Origin: an uncultured Elusimicrobia bacterium
GTDB taxonomy: Bacteria > Elusimicrobiota > Elusimicrobia > 2-01-FULL-59-12
Assembly (NCBI GenBank): GCA_963702895.1
Contig: OY969767.1
Span: 32,001 to 96,000, forward strand
Length of the DNA: 64,000 bases
Reading direction: 5' to 3'
Under the pieces are notes generated by a model, which did not search any database, had not been told where the DNA came from, and was given only the letters and a program-made list of their open reading frames with translations. Positions 48,881 through 58,306 of the stretch are shown here, one piece after another (the first letter of the stretch is position 1; every line of letters starts with the position of its first letter). The translations under genes and the position numbers were made by a program.

Positions 48881-49099
48881 ATGGAAAAACATGTTTTGCT
48901 TGGCAGTCTCTTTTTACGCATCGCGTCGATCTACGCTGGCACGACGCACAGTGACCTGGCCGCGCATCGGAAGCACCGTAGGCGGAAGAAAGTGGATCAC
49001 GAGGACGTGCTGGAGAAAGCGCGCTGGAAAGTGGAGCTCCTTTCGAAGACCACAGAAGAGGCTTCTCACAAAGCCAACGGATCGGGAAAACTTAATTAG
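48881..49099 (+). CDS. Small hypothetical basic protein
   Basis: MEKHVLLGSLFLRIAS...; GAGG upstream; no recognisable family. Confidence 0.45.
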   Translation: MEKHVLLGSLFLRIASIYAGTTHSDLAAHRKHRRRKKVDHEDVLEKARWKVELLSKTTEEASHKANGSGKLN

Positions 49100-49102
49100 G
49101 AT

Positions 49103-49309
49103 GTCACCCCGGCGGTTGTAAGCCGGGGTCTATCAACAGAGTGACAGACATGATGGATCCCGGGTCTCCACAAGACCGGCGACCCTCCGCCACACGACAG
49201 GCGGAGAGCTCCGCCACAAGGCAGGCGGACCAGCCTGTAGTGTGGCTGGGCCTGGTGGGTGGCGCTCGGCCCGCCGGGTGTGTGGAGGGCCGGCTTTCGC
49301 CGGGATGAC
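49103..49309. repeat. Composite REP-like element with nested hairpins, between convergent genes
   Basis: GTCACCCCGGC..GCCGGGGTC, TGGATCCCGGGTCTCCACAAG..., nested TCCGCC..GGCGGA, ending CCGGCTTTCGCCGGGATGAC. Confidence 0.85.
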
Positions 49310-49310
49310 A

Positions 49311-50411
49311 TCAGAGGCACGCCAGCGGTGTGTAAGGGAGCTTCTGGGCATCCGCGACGGGACGGCATAAGACTTTTCCCCCATGCGTTTGAATCCCCTT
49401 CGCTAGTCCGGGTGCCTCTCTGAGCACTCTCGTGAGGCTTGTCTCTGTCAGCACACGCACATACGCCAGGGACACGTTCGTCAGCGCCAGGGTCGAGGTC
49501 CGCCCATAGGCGCCCGGCATGTTGGGGACCGCGTAATGAAGGACATTCTCCTCGATATAGGTCGGTTTTGCGTGGCTCGTAGGGTGTGAGGTTTCAGAAC
49601 TACCCCCTTGGTCGATCGCCACATCGATGATCACGCTCCGAGGTTTCATCCTTTTCACCATGGCGCGTGTGACGAGCCGCGGCGTGCGGGCGCCCGGGAT
49701 GTGGACCGCGCCAATCAGGATGTCGGCGGTACTCACGGCGTTTCGAATGGCGACGGGATCGGCCATAAGGGTTTCCACGTGAGGCATAATCTCGTCCAAA
49801 TAGCGCATGCGGTCGGATCGTCGCTCGAGGATCGTGACATGGGATCCCATGCCGAGCGCTACGCGCGCCGCGTTTTCCCCCACCGTCCCGCCGCCCAGGA
49901 CCACCACATGGGCCGGGAGAACCCCGGGCATTCCTCCAAAGAGGATGCCGCGTCCACCCTGAGGATTGGCTTGGTAATAAGCGCCCATGAGCGCAGCGAT
50001 GCGGCCGGCGATCTCCGACATCGGTTCCAAGATCGGGAGATTCCCTTTGTCGTCTTCCACGGTCTCGTAGGCGATGGCGGTGACATGCCGCCGCAAAAGA
50101 GCTTTCACGAGCGGCGGGTTGGGTGCTAAGTGTAAGAAGGTAAAGAGAATCTGCTTGGGCCTGAAGTATTTGAATTCCTGGGGGAGCGGCTCTTTCACTT
50201 TGACGATGAGGTCTGCGCTCCAGGCGCGCCGGGCATCGACAAGCGTCGCCCCGGCTTTTCGGTATTCGGCGTCGGAGAAGCCCGCGTGCTCGCCGGCGCT
50301 TTTTTGGATGAGGACCCGATGGCCAAGGCTCTGCAGGGACTCGGCGCCGCCCGGGGTGAGCGCGACGCGAAATTCGCCGCTCTTAATTTCTTTAGGTATC
50401 CCTATTAACAT
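49311..50411 (-). CDS. ald: Alanine dehydrogenase
   Basis: [37 protein letters not shown] and YAVPNMPG motifs. Confidence 0.97.
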   Translation of the reverse strand: MLIGIPKEIKSGEFRVALTPGGAESLQSLGHRVLIQKSAGEHAGFSDAEYRKAGATLVDARRAWSADLIVKVKEPLPQEFKYFRPKQILFTFLHLAPNPPLVKALLRRHVTAIAYETVEDDKGNLPILEPMSEIAGRIAALMGAYYQANPQGGRGILFGGMPGVLPAHVVVLGGGTVGENAARVALGMGSHVTILERRSDRMRYLDEIMPHVETLMADPVAIRNAVSTADILIGAVHIPGARTPRLVTRAMVKRMKPRSVIIDVAIDQGGSSETSHPTSHAKPTYIEENVLHYAVPNMPGAYGRTSTLALTNVSLAYVRVLTETSLTRVLREAPGLAKGIQTHGGKVLCRPVADAQKLPYTPLACL

Positions 50412-50491
50412 AGATGGTCGTGATTAGGTGAGTAAGTGATTAAGTGATTGGGGGAAAGACAATCCACCCCTTCATCCCCTAATCACGCACC

Positions 50492-50668
50492 TTAACCTTG
50501 AAGTTTCCCCCCCATGGACCATTTTTCACGCTCCACATCTTCAAAGACAATCCAGGTATGGTCATCGGTGATTTTGCAATGTTTGCTGATCACCTGGGTG
50601 AGCTCTTTGGCGAGCGCTTCTTTCACTTCTTTGGGTCTTGGAAACATGGAAATACGAACAAAGGGCAT
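50492..50668 (-). CDS. 4-oxalocrotonate tautomerase family protein (58 aa, not in ORF track)
   Basis: AGGAGG RBS; MPFVRISMFPRPKEVKEALAKELTQVISKHCKITDDHTWIVFEDVEREKWSMGGKLQG with the catalytic N-terminal Pro and a WxxGG end. Confidence 0.88.
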   Translation of the reverse strand: MPFVRISMFPRPKEVKEALAKELTQVISKHCKITDDHTWIVFEDVEREKWSMGGKLQG

Positions 50669-50686
50669 GCCGTCCTCCTTCTTTCT

Positions 50687-50791
50687 GTCATCCCCGAGGT
50701 CGTCATCGGGGATCCATCATACCAACGTCATACCGGCGGAAGCCGGTATCCATTATTGCCCATGATAGACCCCGGCTTTCGCCGGGGTGAC
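50687..50791. repeat. Cluster of three REP-like palindromes, including an intact IS110 target
   Basis: GTCATCCCCGA..TCGGGGATCCA; GTCATACCGGC..GCCGGTATCCA; GACCCCGGCTTTCGCCGGGGTGAC. Confidence 0.88.
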
Positions 50792-50797
50792 GGCAAG

Positions 50798-52336
50798 TTA
50801 TTTACCAATACAAAACTGTGAAAACACTTGATCCAACAAATCTTCCGTCGTCGTTTGGCCAATGATCTCACCGAGAGCCGATAGAGCGCTTTGGAGCTCC
50901 AGCGCCACGCATTCCTCATGGGCGTCCTGCCGGGCGGCCTCGGCGGCCTGCGTGACGGCCGTCTGGGCGCGCTCGAGCGCCGAGGTGTGCCGCGCGTTCA
51001 AAAGCCACCGGGCCTCGCCGGCGGTCGCCCTTTCGGCGATCGCGCTGCGAACGATGGCGTCGATGAGATCCTCCAGCCCTGTTCCGGTCTTGGCGGACAA
51101 GGGGATCACCTCGCCTCCGCCGTTCATCGAGCGGAGCTTTTGAGCGGAGACACGCGAAGGCAGATCGCATTTGTTGAGGACCCACAGATGCGGTTTCCTG
51201 GCCGCTTCCACGATGACCTGCTCGTCTTCCGGGGTCCATTCTTCCGAGCCGTCAAAGAGGCCGATGACGATATCGGCGCTGTCCACCGACTGGCGCGTGC
51301 GCTCGATTCCCAGCTTCTCGACCGGGTCCTGGGCGCGGCGCCTCAGTCCCGCGGTGTCCGTCAAGACGACCGGAATCCCGCGGAGGTCGAGTGTCTCTTC
51401 CAGCGTGTCGCGCGTCGTGCCCGCGATGGGCGTGACGATGGCCCGTTCCTCTTTTAAAAGCGAATTCATGAGACTCGATTTGCCCACGTTGGGCCGTCCC
51501 AGGAGCGCGACGCGATAGCCTTCGCGCAGCACTTTGCCTATCCGCGAGGACGCCATGATTTGAGCGATCTCCTGTTGCAGGAACTGGCAGGTGGAAATCA
51601 GTTCTTCGCGCGGAAGAACACCATGGTCCTCCTCCGCGTGGTCCAGGCCCACCTCGATGCGGGCCAGAAGCGGCAGGAGCTTCTCGCGGAGGCCGCGGAC
51701 GCGCGCGGCGAGGCTCCCCCGCAGTTGAGCGAAAGCCGCGGCCTGGGATTTCTCCGTTTTGGCGGCGATGAGCTCGGCGACGGCTTCGGCCTGGGTGAGG
51801 TCCATCTTGCCGTTCAGGAAGGCGCGGGCGGTGAATTCTCCGGGTCCCGCGAGCCGTGCGCCGCCCGCGACGCAGAGCTTCAGGATCTTCCGCAGCGTCA
51901 AAGGACTTCCGTGGGCGGAGATCTCCACGACGTCCTCGCCGGTGTAGCTGTGCGGCGCCCGAAAAAGAGTGATCACAACCTGATCAACGTCAATGCCGTC
52001 ATCCCCCCCGGTTGTCCCCTTCCTGTTGTCATCCCCCCCGGTCGTAAGGGGGGGACCCATCACGTCTTGTTCGGCAACGATGGACCCCGGCTTTCGCCGG
52101 GGTGACGTCGTATCTTCGGGTATCATCCCCGGGGTGACGTCAGAGACGCTTCGGTCAAGAATCGTCCCAAAATAACACGTGTGGGAAGGAGCCGTAGAAA
52201 GATCGACTGGTTTTAGTGGAGAAAAAATGGATTTGGCGATCCCGAGCGCTGTTTGTCCGCTTACCCGGATCACGCCCAGCCCTCCTTCGCCGAGCGGTGT
52301 GGCGATCGCGGCGATGGTGTCTTCTGGAGCGATCAT
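50798..52336 (-). CDS. mnmE: tRNA modification GTPase MnmE with ~45-aa repeat-derived insertion
   Basis: DTIAAIATP, SYTGEDVVEI, GRPNVGKSS, GTTRD, DTAGLR and C-terminal FCIGK. Confidence 0.97.
   Translation of the reverse strand: MIAPEDTIAAIATPLGEGGLGVIRVSGQTALGIAKSIFSPLKPVDLSTAPSHTCYFGTILDRSVSDVTPGMIPEDTTSPRRKPGSIVAEQDVMGPPLTTGGDDNRKGTTGGDDGIDVDQVVITLFRAPHSYTGEDVVEISAHGSPLTLRKILKLCVAGGARLAGPGEFTARAFLNGKMDLTQAEAVAELIAAKTEKSQAAAFAQLRGSLAARVRGLREKLLPLLARIEVGLDHAEEDHGVLPREELISTCQFLQQEIAQIMASSRIGKVLREGYRVALLGRPNVGKSSLMNSLLKEERAIVTPIAGTTRDTLEETLDLRGIPVVLTDTAGLRRRAQDPVEKLGIERTRQSVDSADIVIGLFDGSEEWTPEDEQVIVEAARKPHLWVLNKCDLPSRVSAQKLRSMNGGGEVIPLSAKTGTGLEDLIDAIVRSAIAERATAGEARWLLNARHTSALERAQTAVTQAAEAARQDAHEECVALELQSALSALGEIIGQTTTEDLLDQVFSQFCIGK
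51998..52140. repeat. REP-like palindromes inside mnmE
   Basis: GTCATCCCCCCCGGTCGTAAGGGGGGGACCCA...TGGACCCCGGCTTTCGCCGGGGTGAC plus partial copies. Confidence 0.88.
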
Positions 52337-53898
52337 TCCTTGACGAGGGTGGTTTCGACGACCTGGGACGGCTTGCGGGTGATGCGCTCAAAACCCCACT
52401 GCGTGGCCATCGTCATGAGGTTTTGGGTGAGCCAGTAGAGGACAAGCCCGGACGGGAAGCCGTAGAACATGAACGTGAACATGATGGGCATCAGCGTCAT
52501 CATGTGGCGTTGCGTGGGATCGGACACGGCGCCGGACATGCGCTGCTGAAAATACATCGCGCCACCCATGACCAGCGGCAGCACATGCACCGGGATACTT
52601 CCCACACGGGTGATCACGTCGGGCACAGAAAGATCATGGATCCATCCGACAAACGGCGTCCCTCGCAGCTCATAGGCGTTGCGGAGCGTGTTAAAGAGCG
52701 CAAGAAAGATCGGCATTTGGAGCAGCATGGGAAGACACCCTCCAAAGGGATTGGTGCCGGAGGTTTTGTAGACGTTCATCATCTCAACATTCAAGCGCTT
52801 GGGATCACTCTTATAACGTGCCTGGATTTCCGCGATTTTGGGCTGGAGCTTTTTCATCGCCAGCGTCGCTTTGAAACTTTTGATGGTGAGCGGCAGCATG
52901 AGAATCTGGATCACGATGGTCAGGAGAATGATGGCCAGGCCGTAGTTGCCGGTGAGCGCTCGGAAGTAGTAGAGCGCGTTCAGGATCAGTCGGCCAAGAC
53001 TGGTGAACCACCCGAAATCAACGCTGTTTTCCAGATGACGGCCGTATTTCTTGAGCGCTGTGTAGCCTTTGGGCCCGACGTAAAGATCGTAAGAGATCTC
53101 GGTTTGACCCCCGGCGGGAATGACGGTCTTTTCCGTAAGACGCATCTGTGTCTGGTCTTTCGCGCCCGCCATCGACACTTCCGCCGCGTGGCCGGCCAGC
53201 GGCAGAAACGCGACGAGATAATAGCGATTGTCGATCGCGGCCCACTGCTCGAGATCCTGGCGCATATCGGCCTTGAGCGTGTGGACCTTGAGCTTCCCGA
53301 GTTGAATGACGCGGATCACGCTCGCGTTTTCCTTCATTTCCGCCGCGTCGGTTCCAAGCCCCGGTCCCCAACCCCAGGACCAGCCGGGCAGCGTCACGGC
53401 TCGAGAGGTCGTGTTGGTGAACTTGTAGGAAATCTTATGGAGATGCCCCGTGGGAGCAAGCGCCAAAGTCTTGGTCACACGCAGGCCATTGCCAAGCGAA
53501 GCCTGCATGATGGCGGCGGACTCTTGAACCGTGATGCTGTAGGACACTTCTGGGAATGAGGCTAAGGGAAGGGTCTCGGCATCGGGAGAAAGGACCATGT
53601 CCATTTCCTTGCCGCCCAGCTTCAGCCGCCAGGTCTTGATGGCGCCGCCTTTTGGCGTGATCACAATCTCATTACCCGCGTCGCGCAGGATCGCGTCCTT
53701 GAGGACAACGGGCTCGCCCTGACGCTTGTGGGCCGATGAGATTTCCATCTTGGGCTGGGTTTCAATCACGGCCTCTTGTGCGGCGGTCGTCGGAGCGGGA
53801 GTTGGGCGCGGCGTGAATCGCGGCACGACAACGACGGACCATAGGAAAAGGAAACCTACGATCAAAGCCATCGCGAGAAGGAAATTCTTTTGTTCCAT
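52333..53898 (-). CDS. yidC: Membrane protein insertase YidC
   Basis: N-terminal TM, YVGPK, VDFGWF, GGCLPMLLQMPIF and GLVLYW motifs. Confidence 0.97.
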   Translation of the reverse strand: MEQKNFLLAMALIVGFLFLWSVVVVPRFTPRPTPAPTTAAQEAVIETQPKMEISSAHKRQGEPVVLKDAILRDAGNEIVITPKGGAIKTWRLKLGGKEMDMVLSPDAETLPLASFPEVSYSITVQESAAIMQASLGNGLRVTKTLALAPTGHLHKISYKFTNTTSRAVTLPGWSWGWGPGLGTDAAEMKENASVIRVIQLGKLKVHTLKADMRQDLEQWAAIDNRYYLVAFLPLAGHAAEVSMAGAKDQTQMRLTEKTVIPAGGQTEISYDLYVGPKGYTALKKYGRHLENSVDFGWFTSLGRLILNALYYFRALTGNYGLAIILLTIVIQILMLPLTIKSFKATLAMKKLQPKIAEIQARYKSDPKRLNVEMMNVYKTSGTNPFGGCLPMLLQMPIFLALFNTLRNAYELRGTPFVGWIHDLSVPDVITRVGSIPVHVLPLVMGGAMYFQQRMSGAVSDPTQRHMMTLMPIMFTFMFYGFPSGLVLYWLTQNLMTMATQWGFERITRKPSQVVETTLVKE

Positions 53899-53907
53899 AC
53901 TTTCTCC

Positions 53908-54135
53908 TTAAATAGGAATAGGGTCATAACCCCCGGGGTGCCAGGGGTGGCATTTGAGAAGTCGTCGAACGGTCATGACAAAACCTTTGGAAAATCCTTT
54001 GGCGGAGAGCGCCTGCAGCGCGTAATCCGAGCAGGTGGGGTAAAACCGGCAGCGGCGAGGCCGTCCTGCGAAGCCCATCTGATAAAGGCGAATCAGGAGT
54101 TTGGCGGCGCTTGTAATAAATTGGCTTGCGTCCAT
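53908..54135 (-). CDS. yidD: Membrane protein insertion efficiency factor YidD
   Basis: CRFYPTCSDY and RLLKCHPWHPGGYDP motifs. Confidence 0.95.
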   Translation of the reverse strand: MDASQFITSAAKLLIRLYQMGFAGRPRRCRFYPTCSDYALQALSAKGFSKGFVMTVRRLLKCHPWHPGGYDPIPI

Positions 54136-54536
54136 AGTTTCAGCACCAACTGCTCGATCGTTTGATACCGGGGCTTCACGAGGGACGAACGGGCGGAAAA
54201 CACCATATCGACCCCCGGAGGCAACTTCACTTTATTGAGCCTGAACGTCTCGCGAAGAAGGCGCTTCATCCTGTTTCGCGCGACAGCGTTGCCAAAGGCT
54301 TTTGGAATCGCAAGACCCAGCCGCGGCTTCTCCTCGCGCTCTGAGCCTTCGCGTCTGTAGATCCATATCGTGAGACCTGAATTCCCAAGTCGGCGGCCTT
54401 GCTCAAAGACACGCTTGAAATCACATTTCCGGTGGAGTTTTTCGTCCCAGCGGAATCGCCCGCCGCGTGGCTGGCAAGGCTGTCCTCCCTCCTGGGCGGC
54501 GGGCCTCTGCCCGCTTTCTGGAGGACGCTGGTTCAC
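54093..54536 (-). CDS. rnpA: Ribonuclease P protein component
   Basis: RLGLAIPKAFGNAVARNRMKRLLRETFR (RNR motif); start position uncertain. Confidence 0.93.
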   Translation of the reverse strand: MNQRPPESGQRPAAQEGGQPCQPRGGRFRWDEKLHRKCDFKRVFEQGRRLGNSGLTIWIYRREGSEREEKPRLGLAIPKAFGNAVARNRMKRLLRETFRLNKVKLPPGVDMVFSARSSLVKPRYQTIEQLVLKLWTQANLLQAPPNS

Positions 54537-54540
54537 TTGC

Positions 54541-54681
54541 TTACTTGGGGGTCAGCCGCCAGCGGCCCTTTTGCCTGCGGTTTTTGAGCACGCGGCGGCC
54601 GCCGGGAGTTTTCATCTTGGCTCGAAATCCATGAACCTTCGCGCGGTGGCGCACATTAGGCTGATAAGTTCGTTTTGGCAT
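54541..54681 (-). CDS. rpmH: 50S ribosomal protein L34 (not in ORF track)
   Basis: [46 protein letters not shown]. Confidence 0.97.
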   Translation of the reverse strand: MPKRTYQPNVRHRAKVHGFRAKMKTPGGRRVLKNRRQKGRWRLTPK

Positions 54682-54719
54682 AACGGGGGTGATTATACAT
54701 CACCTTGGTGGGAACAGCG

Positions 54720-55322
54720 ACGGCGGATCTTCAGTTCCGTGGGGCGGATCTTTGGTACCGTGCGGCAGATCCTTGGGACCCTGAGGCAGATCTTTGGGAC
54801 CGTGGGGCGGATCTTTGGTACCGTGCGGCAGATCTCAGGCTCCGTGCGGCGGATTCAAGGAACCATGCGGCGGATCTCAGGAACCATGGGGCGGATCTCA
54901 GGCTCCATGAGGCGGATTCGATGGACCGTGAGGCGGATCTGCGGCACCATGAGGCAGATATTCGGTTCCGTGGGGCGGATCTTTGGTGCCGTGAGGCAGA
55001 TCCTCAGTACCGTGCGGCAGATCTCAGGCTCCGTGCGGCGGATTCAAGGAACCATGCGGCGGATCTCCAGTACCATGGGGCGGATCTCAGGCTCCGTGCG
55101 GCGGATCCGTGGAACCATGGGGCGGATCTCAGGCTCCGTGAGGCGGATCCGCGGAACCATGAGGCGGATTCGATGGATCGTGAGGCAGATCCGCCGTATG
55201 GTACTTGAGATCCGCTGTATGGAACCGAAGATCCGCCGTATGGAGCCGAAGATCCGCCGTATGGTACTGGAGATCCGCCGTACGGTACTTGAGATCCGCC
55301 GTACGGAGCCGAAGATCCACCG
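54720..55322. repeat. 21-bp degenerate tandem array with orientation switch near 55190
   Basis: About 22 units like GGCGGATCTCAGGCTCCGTGC, then about 6 units like GATCCGCCGTATGGTACTTGA in the reverse-complement orientation. Confidence 0.92.
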
Positions 55323-55360
55323 TGCGAACTCGTGATCGGATGTATAATTCGCAAGACCTC

Positions 55361-56488
55361 ATGAACCCCAATGACCTCAAGCGCTATCGTGCCAACCTCC
55401 AAGCGGAGATCGACGCCCTCAATCTCTATCTGGCCATGGCCGAAGCCGAACCTCAGGCTCCCCTGGCAGAGCTCTATCGTCGTCTAGCGCAAGTGGAAGA
55501 AAAGCACGCGCACTTTTGGGAAGCAAAACTTCGCGCTGCCGGTGCGCCGGTGGCCGTGTGGGCCCCCACCCTGCGCACACGGATCAAGGTGTGGCTGGCC
55601 CGCCGGCTGGGGCCCGGGGTGATCTTGCCCTCGATCGCTGCCACGGAAGGCGCCGATCAGACCGTCTATGATCATCAGCCGGAATCCCAGGGGACGGGAA
55701 TGCCGCAAGACGAGCGCTCGCACGCGCGCATTCTGCGTTTGATGGCGAGGACTTTGCCGAGCGGGATGGAAGGGAGCGCGCTTGCCCGGGTGGAAGGCCG
55801 ACACCGGGCCATCGGAGGAAACGCCTTGCGTGCTTCCGTCCTGGGAGCTAACGACGGTCTTCTGTCGAACCTCAGTCTGGTCATGGGTGTTGCCGGCGCC
55901 AACCTGTCCAGCCATTCGGTGCTCGTCACCGGCATTGCGGGCCTGTTGGCCGGGGCCTTTTCGATGGCCATCGGCGAATGGATTTCTGTCCAGAGCTCGC
56001 GGGAGCTCAACCAGTTTCAAATTGCTACAGAGGCCGATGAGCTTGCGGAAGCCCCGGAGGAAGAGGAAGAGGAGCTCGCGCTCATTTACGAGGCCAAAGG
56101 ATTGCCCCAGGAGCAGGCCCGGGCACTTGCGAAAAAGCTGATCAGCGATCCCGCGAAAGCTCTGGATGCCCTCACACGCGAGGAGCTGGGGATCGATCCG
56201 ACAGATCTGGGGGGCTCACCCTGGGAGGCGGCGCTGGCGTCCTTTGTTCTGTTTGCTGTGGGCGCGATCATTCCTGTGGTACCCTTCATGTTTGTGGATG
56301 GAACGCGGGCCGTCCCGATCGCCTTGTGCATCAGTGCTCTGGGGCTTTTTGGCATAGGCGCCGCGATCACACTGCTGACAGGCCGCTCCATCTGGGTGTC
56401 GGGAACCCGCCAGCTCGTTTTTGGCCTTGCCGCCGCCGGCCTCACCTACGGGATAGGCCATTTGATTGGCGCACAATTAACGGGATAA
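55361..56488 (+). CDS. Rubrerythrin-like/VIT1-CCC1 iron/manganese transporter
   Basis: Ferritin-like EEKH and DERSH motifs, then LRASVLGANDGLLS and GAFSMAIGEWISVQS. Likely start MNPNDL; the track's 55205 start lies in repeat DNA. Confidence 0.9.
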   Translation: MNPNDLKRYRANLQAEIDALNLYLAMAEAEPQAPLAELYRRLAQVEEKHAHFWEAKLRAAGAPVAVWAPTLRTRIKVWLARRLGPGVILPSIAATEGADQTVYDHQPESQGTGMPQDERSHARILRLMARTLPSGMEGSALARVEGRHRAIGGNALRASVLGANDGLLSNLSLVMGVAGANLSSHSVLVTGIAGLLAGAFSMAIGEWISVQSSRELNQFQIATEADELAEAPEEEEEELALIYEAKGLPQEQARALAKKLISDPAKALDALTREELGIDPTDLGGSPWEAALASFVLFAVGAIIPVVPFMFVDGTRAVPIALCISALGLFGIGAAITLLTGRSIWVSGTRQLVFGLAAAGLTYGIGHLIGAQLTG

Positions 56489-56717
56489 AAAGTACCACAC
56501 AATACACATCTATTAATCAGCAATATATTGCGCTCCACCATATTTGTGTTAACTCACGTTAACTTTACTTGCCTTTGGGCAGAACTCAGGCTATCCACGG
56601 GTTGTAAGCGGTTCGGAATTTTCGAATTCATTCATTCTTCCTCCAAAGTCAGACCCTGGTTGTAGAAGTTGTTCCTGCGACGTTCAGAAACTTAATCGAT
56701 ACGAGGAGGGTACATCT

Positions 56718-58169
56718 ATGCCATTTGGCGACCTTGGCAAGAGAATGAATGATTATGTCTCAACCAAGACCATCCAATTCACAGGAGGCGGCGCTGAAGC
56801 CTACTGCAAGTTGGGGTCTCGCTACGAAGAGATGGGATGGAAACGGGAAGCTGAAGAAACCTACCTCCGGGCCATCGCGACCGATCCCCGGCATCCACTG
56901 GCCTATTCCAGACTGGCTCAAATAGCCTGGCGTCAAGGAGACGAAAGGAAAGCCTCTGATTCGGCCCGGAAGGCCATTGAGCTCGGGATCCAGGACCCTG
57001 CCCCTTACGCGACTCTGGGCCAGATCATGGAAAAACGCGGGGATGTGGGCGAGGCATGCGCGATTTATCGGCAATCCCTTGAACTCAAGACGCACCACGG
57101 CGAAGCGTTCCGGCTCATCGGCTTCCGTCTGGCGAACGCCGGATCCTTCGAGGCTGCCGTCCAAGCCTATCGCAAAGCCGTGCGTATTGACCCCGCGAAA
57201 GCCTCCGCGTACGGGATCCTCCCCGCCAATCAAGCCAAGCTGAAGGAGCATCCCGAAGCGGTGGAAGCCTTCCGGCAGGCGGTGAACAACAAACCGAGCT
57301 CCGACGCCTTCGCTATTTTGGGAAGCGCTTATGAAATCCTCGGGCGTCTACCGGAAGCCGTGGAAGCTTATGAGACGTCCCTGGCTCACAAAGAGCAGGA
57401 GGACGTAATGGGTGCCCGGTGGAACCTGGGTCAAAGACACCCCAGCAAAGAAGCGGTCCAGGCCCTCAAACATGCGATCCGACTGCGGCCGAATGACCCC
57501 AAGCTTTACTATCAATTGGGGCTCATGTATAGCGAGATGAATCTCCCGAGTAATGCCATGGAAGTTTTGCGCCATGCGACACGTTTGGATGCCCATCAGC
57601 CGTCCTATTGGCATTTGTTGGGGACGCTCGCGATGCGCGAGGGACGTTTCGAAGAGGCGTGGCAAGCTTGGCGGCATGCGGAACGCCTGGTGCCGAATGA
57701 TGTGATCGCCAAGAATAACCTGGGAGCGGTGTTTGGCCGCCTGGGTCGGTATAAAGAGGCGATCACCGTGTCTCTGGAAGCGCTCCGACTGCGCCCAACG
57801 GACTCCGATGCCTACAACAACCTGGGGGCCGCTTACGCCGGACTCAAGCAATATAAGGACGCTGAAAAAGCCTATCTCCGAGCGATCAAGCACAACCCTC
57901 AAGACCCCATCGTGTTCTGCAATCTGGGGGAGCTGTATAGTCTTCAGTACCATCACGACCGGGCCATTCAGCTCTACAAACAGGCGGTTCGACTCGATCA
58001 CCGAAACAAAGTGGCGCGTTATGAACTGGCGGTTCTCCTGGCCCGTACGGGAGAGACGAAAAAAGCCCAGGCGCAACTTGCCATGTTGCGGGAGCTCGAC
58101 AAATCGAAAGCTCTTGAGCTGGAAGCGGAATTGCGCCATATCACGGAACAAAATCCTCTGGGGGGTTAG
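56718..58169 (+). CDS. Tetratricopeptide repeat protein
   Basis: GAGGAG RBS; many TPR units such as AYNNLGAAYAGLKQYKDAEKAYLRAIKHNP. Confidence 0.92.
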   Translation: MPFGDLGKRMNDYVSTKTIQFTGGGAEAYCKLGSRYEEMGWKREAEETYLRAIATDPRHPLAYSRLAQIAWRQGDERKASDSARKAIELGIQDPAPYATLGQIMEKRGDVGEACAIYRQSLELKTHHGEAFRLIGFRLANAGSFEAAVQAYRKAVRIDPAKASAYGILPANQAKLKEHPEAVEAFRQAVNNKPSSDAFAILGSAYEILGRLPEAVEAYETSLAHKEQEDVMGARWNLGQRHPSKEAVQALKHAIRLRPNDPKLYYQLGLMYSEMNLPSNAMEVLRHATRLDAHQPSYWHLLGTLAMREGRFEEAWQAWRHAERLVPNDVIAKNNLGAVFGRLGRYKEAITVSLEALRLRPTDSDAYNNLGAAYAGLKQYKDAEKAYLRAIKHNPQDPIVFCNLGELYSLQYHHDRAIQLYKQAVRLDHRNKVARYELAVLLARTGETKKAQAQLAMLRELDKSKALELEAELRHITEQNPLGG

Positions 58170-58188
58170 CCGTCAATCTGCATTTGTC

Positions 58189-58297
58189 GTCATCCCGGTG
58201 AAAACCGGGATCCAGTCCATCGTCGTTGAACTGGACCCCGGGTCTCCACAAGTCCGGCGACCCGGCCCGCCGGGCGTCTGGAGGGCCGGCTTTCGCC
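58189..58297. repeat. Composite REP-like element, left half of the IS110 target
   Basis: GTCATCCCGGTGAAAACCGGGATCCA...TGGACCCCGGGTCTCCACAAG...CCGGCTTTCGCC; the palindrome resumes as GGGGTGACGGC at 59546. Confidence 0.9.
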
Positions 58298-58306
58298 TAT
58301 TAGACT

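Noticed and set aside
50420..50487. Short GTGATTA(A/G)-type 8-bp repeats with partial inverted copy upstream of ald
   Set aside because: Real but short and degenerate; no function can be supported.
52216..53559. 447-aa plus-strand ORF
   Set aside because: Antisense shadow of yidC.
54720..55322. 21-bp array as a CRISPR array
   Set aside because: Units are contiguous and degenerate with no unique spacers, and there are no cas genes.
54370..55402. Heptad-repeat ORFs 54370-55335, 54705-55208 and 55004-55402, and the 55205 extension of the VIT1 gene
   Set aside because: Open frames are expected from a stop-free 21-bp repeat. One overlaps rpmH and rnpA antisense, and there is no independent sign of translation.
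56489..56717. AT-rich intergenic region as oriC
   Set aside because: Only a weak DnaA-box-like CTATCCACG, no cluster, and no dnaA nearby.
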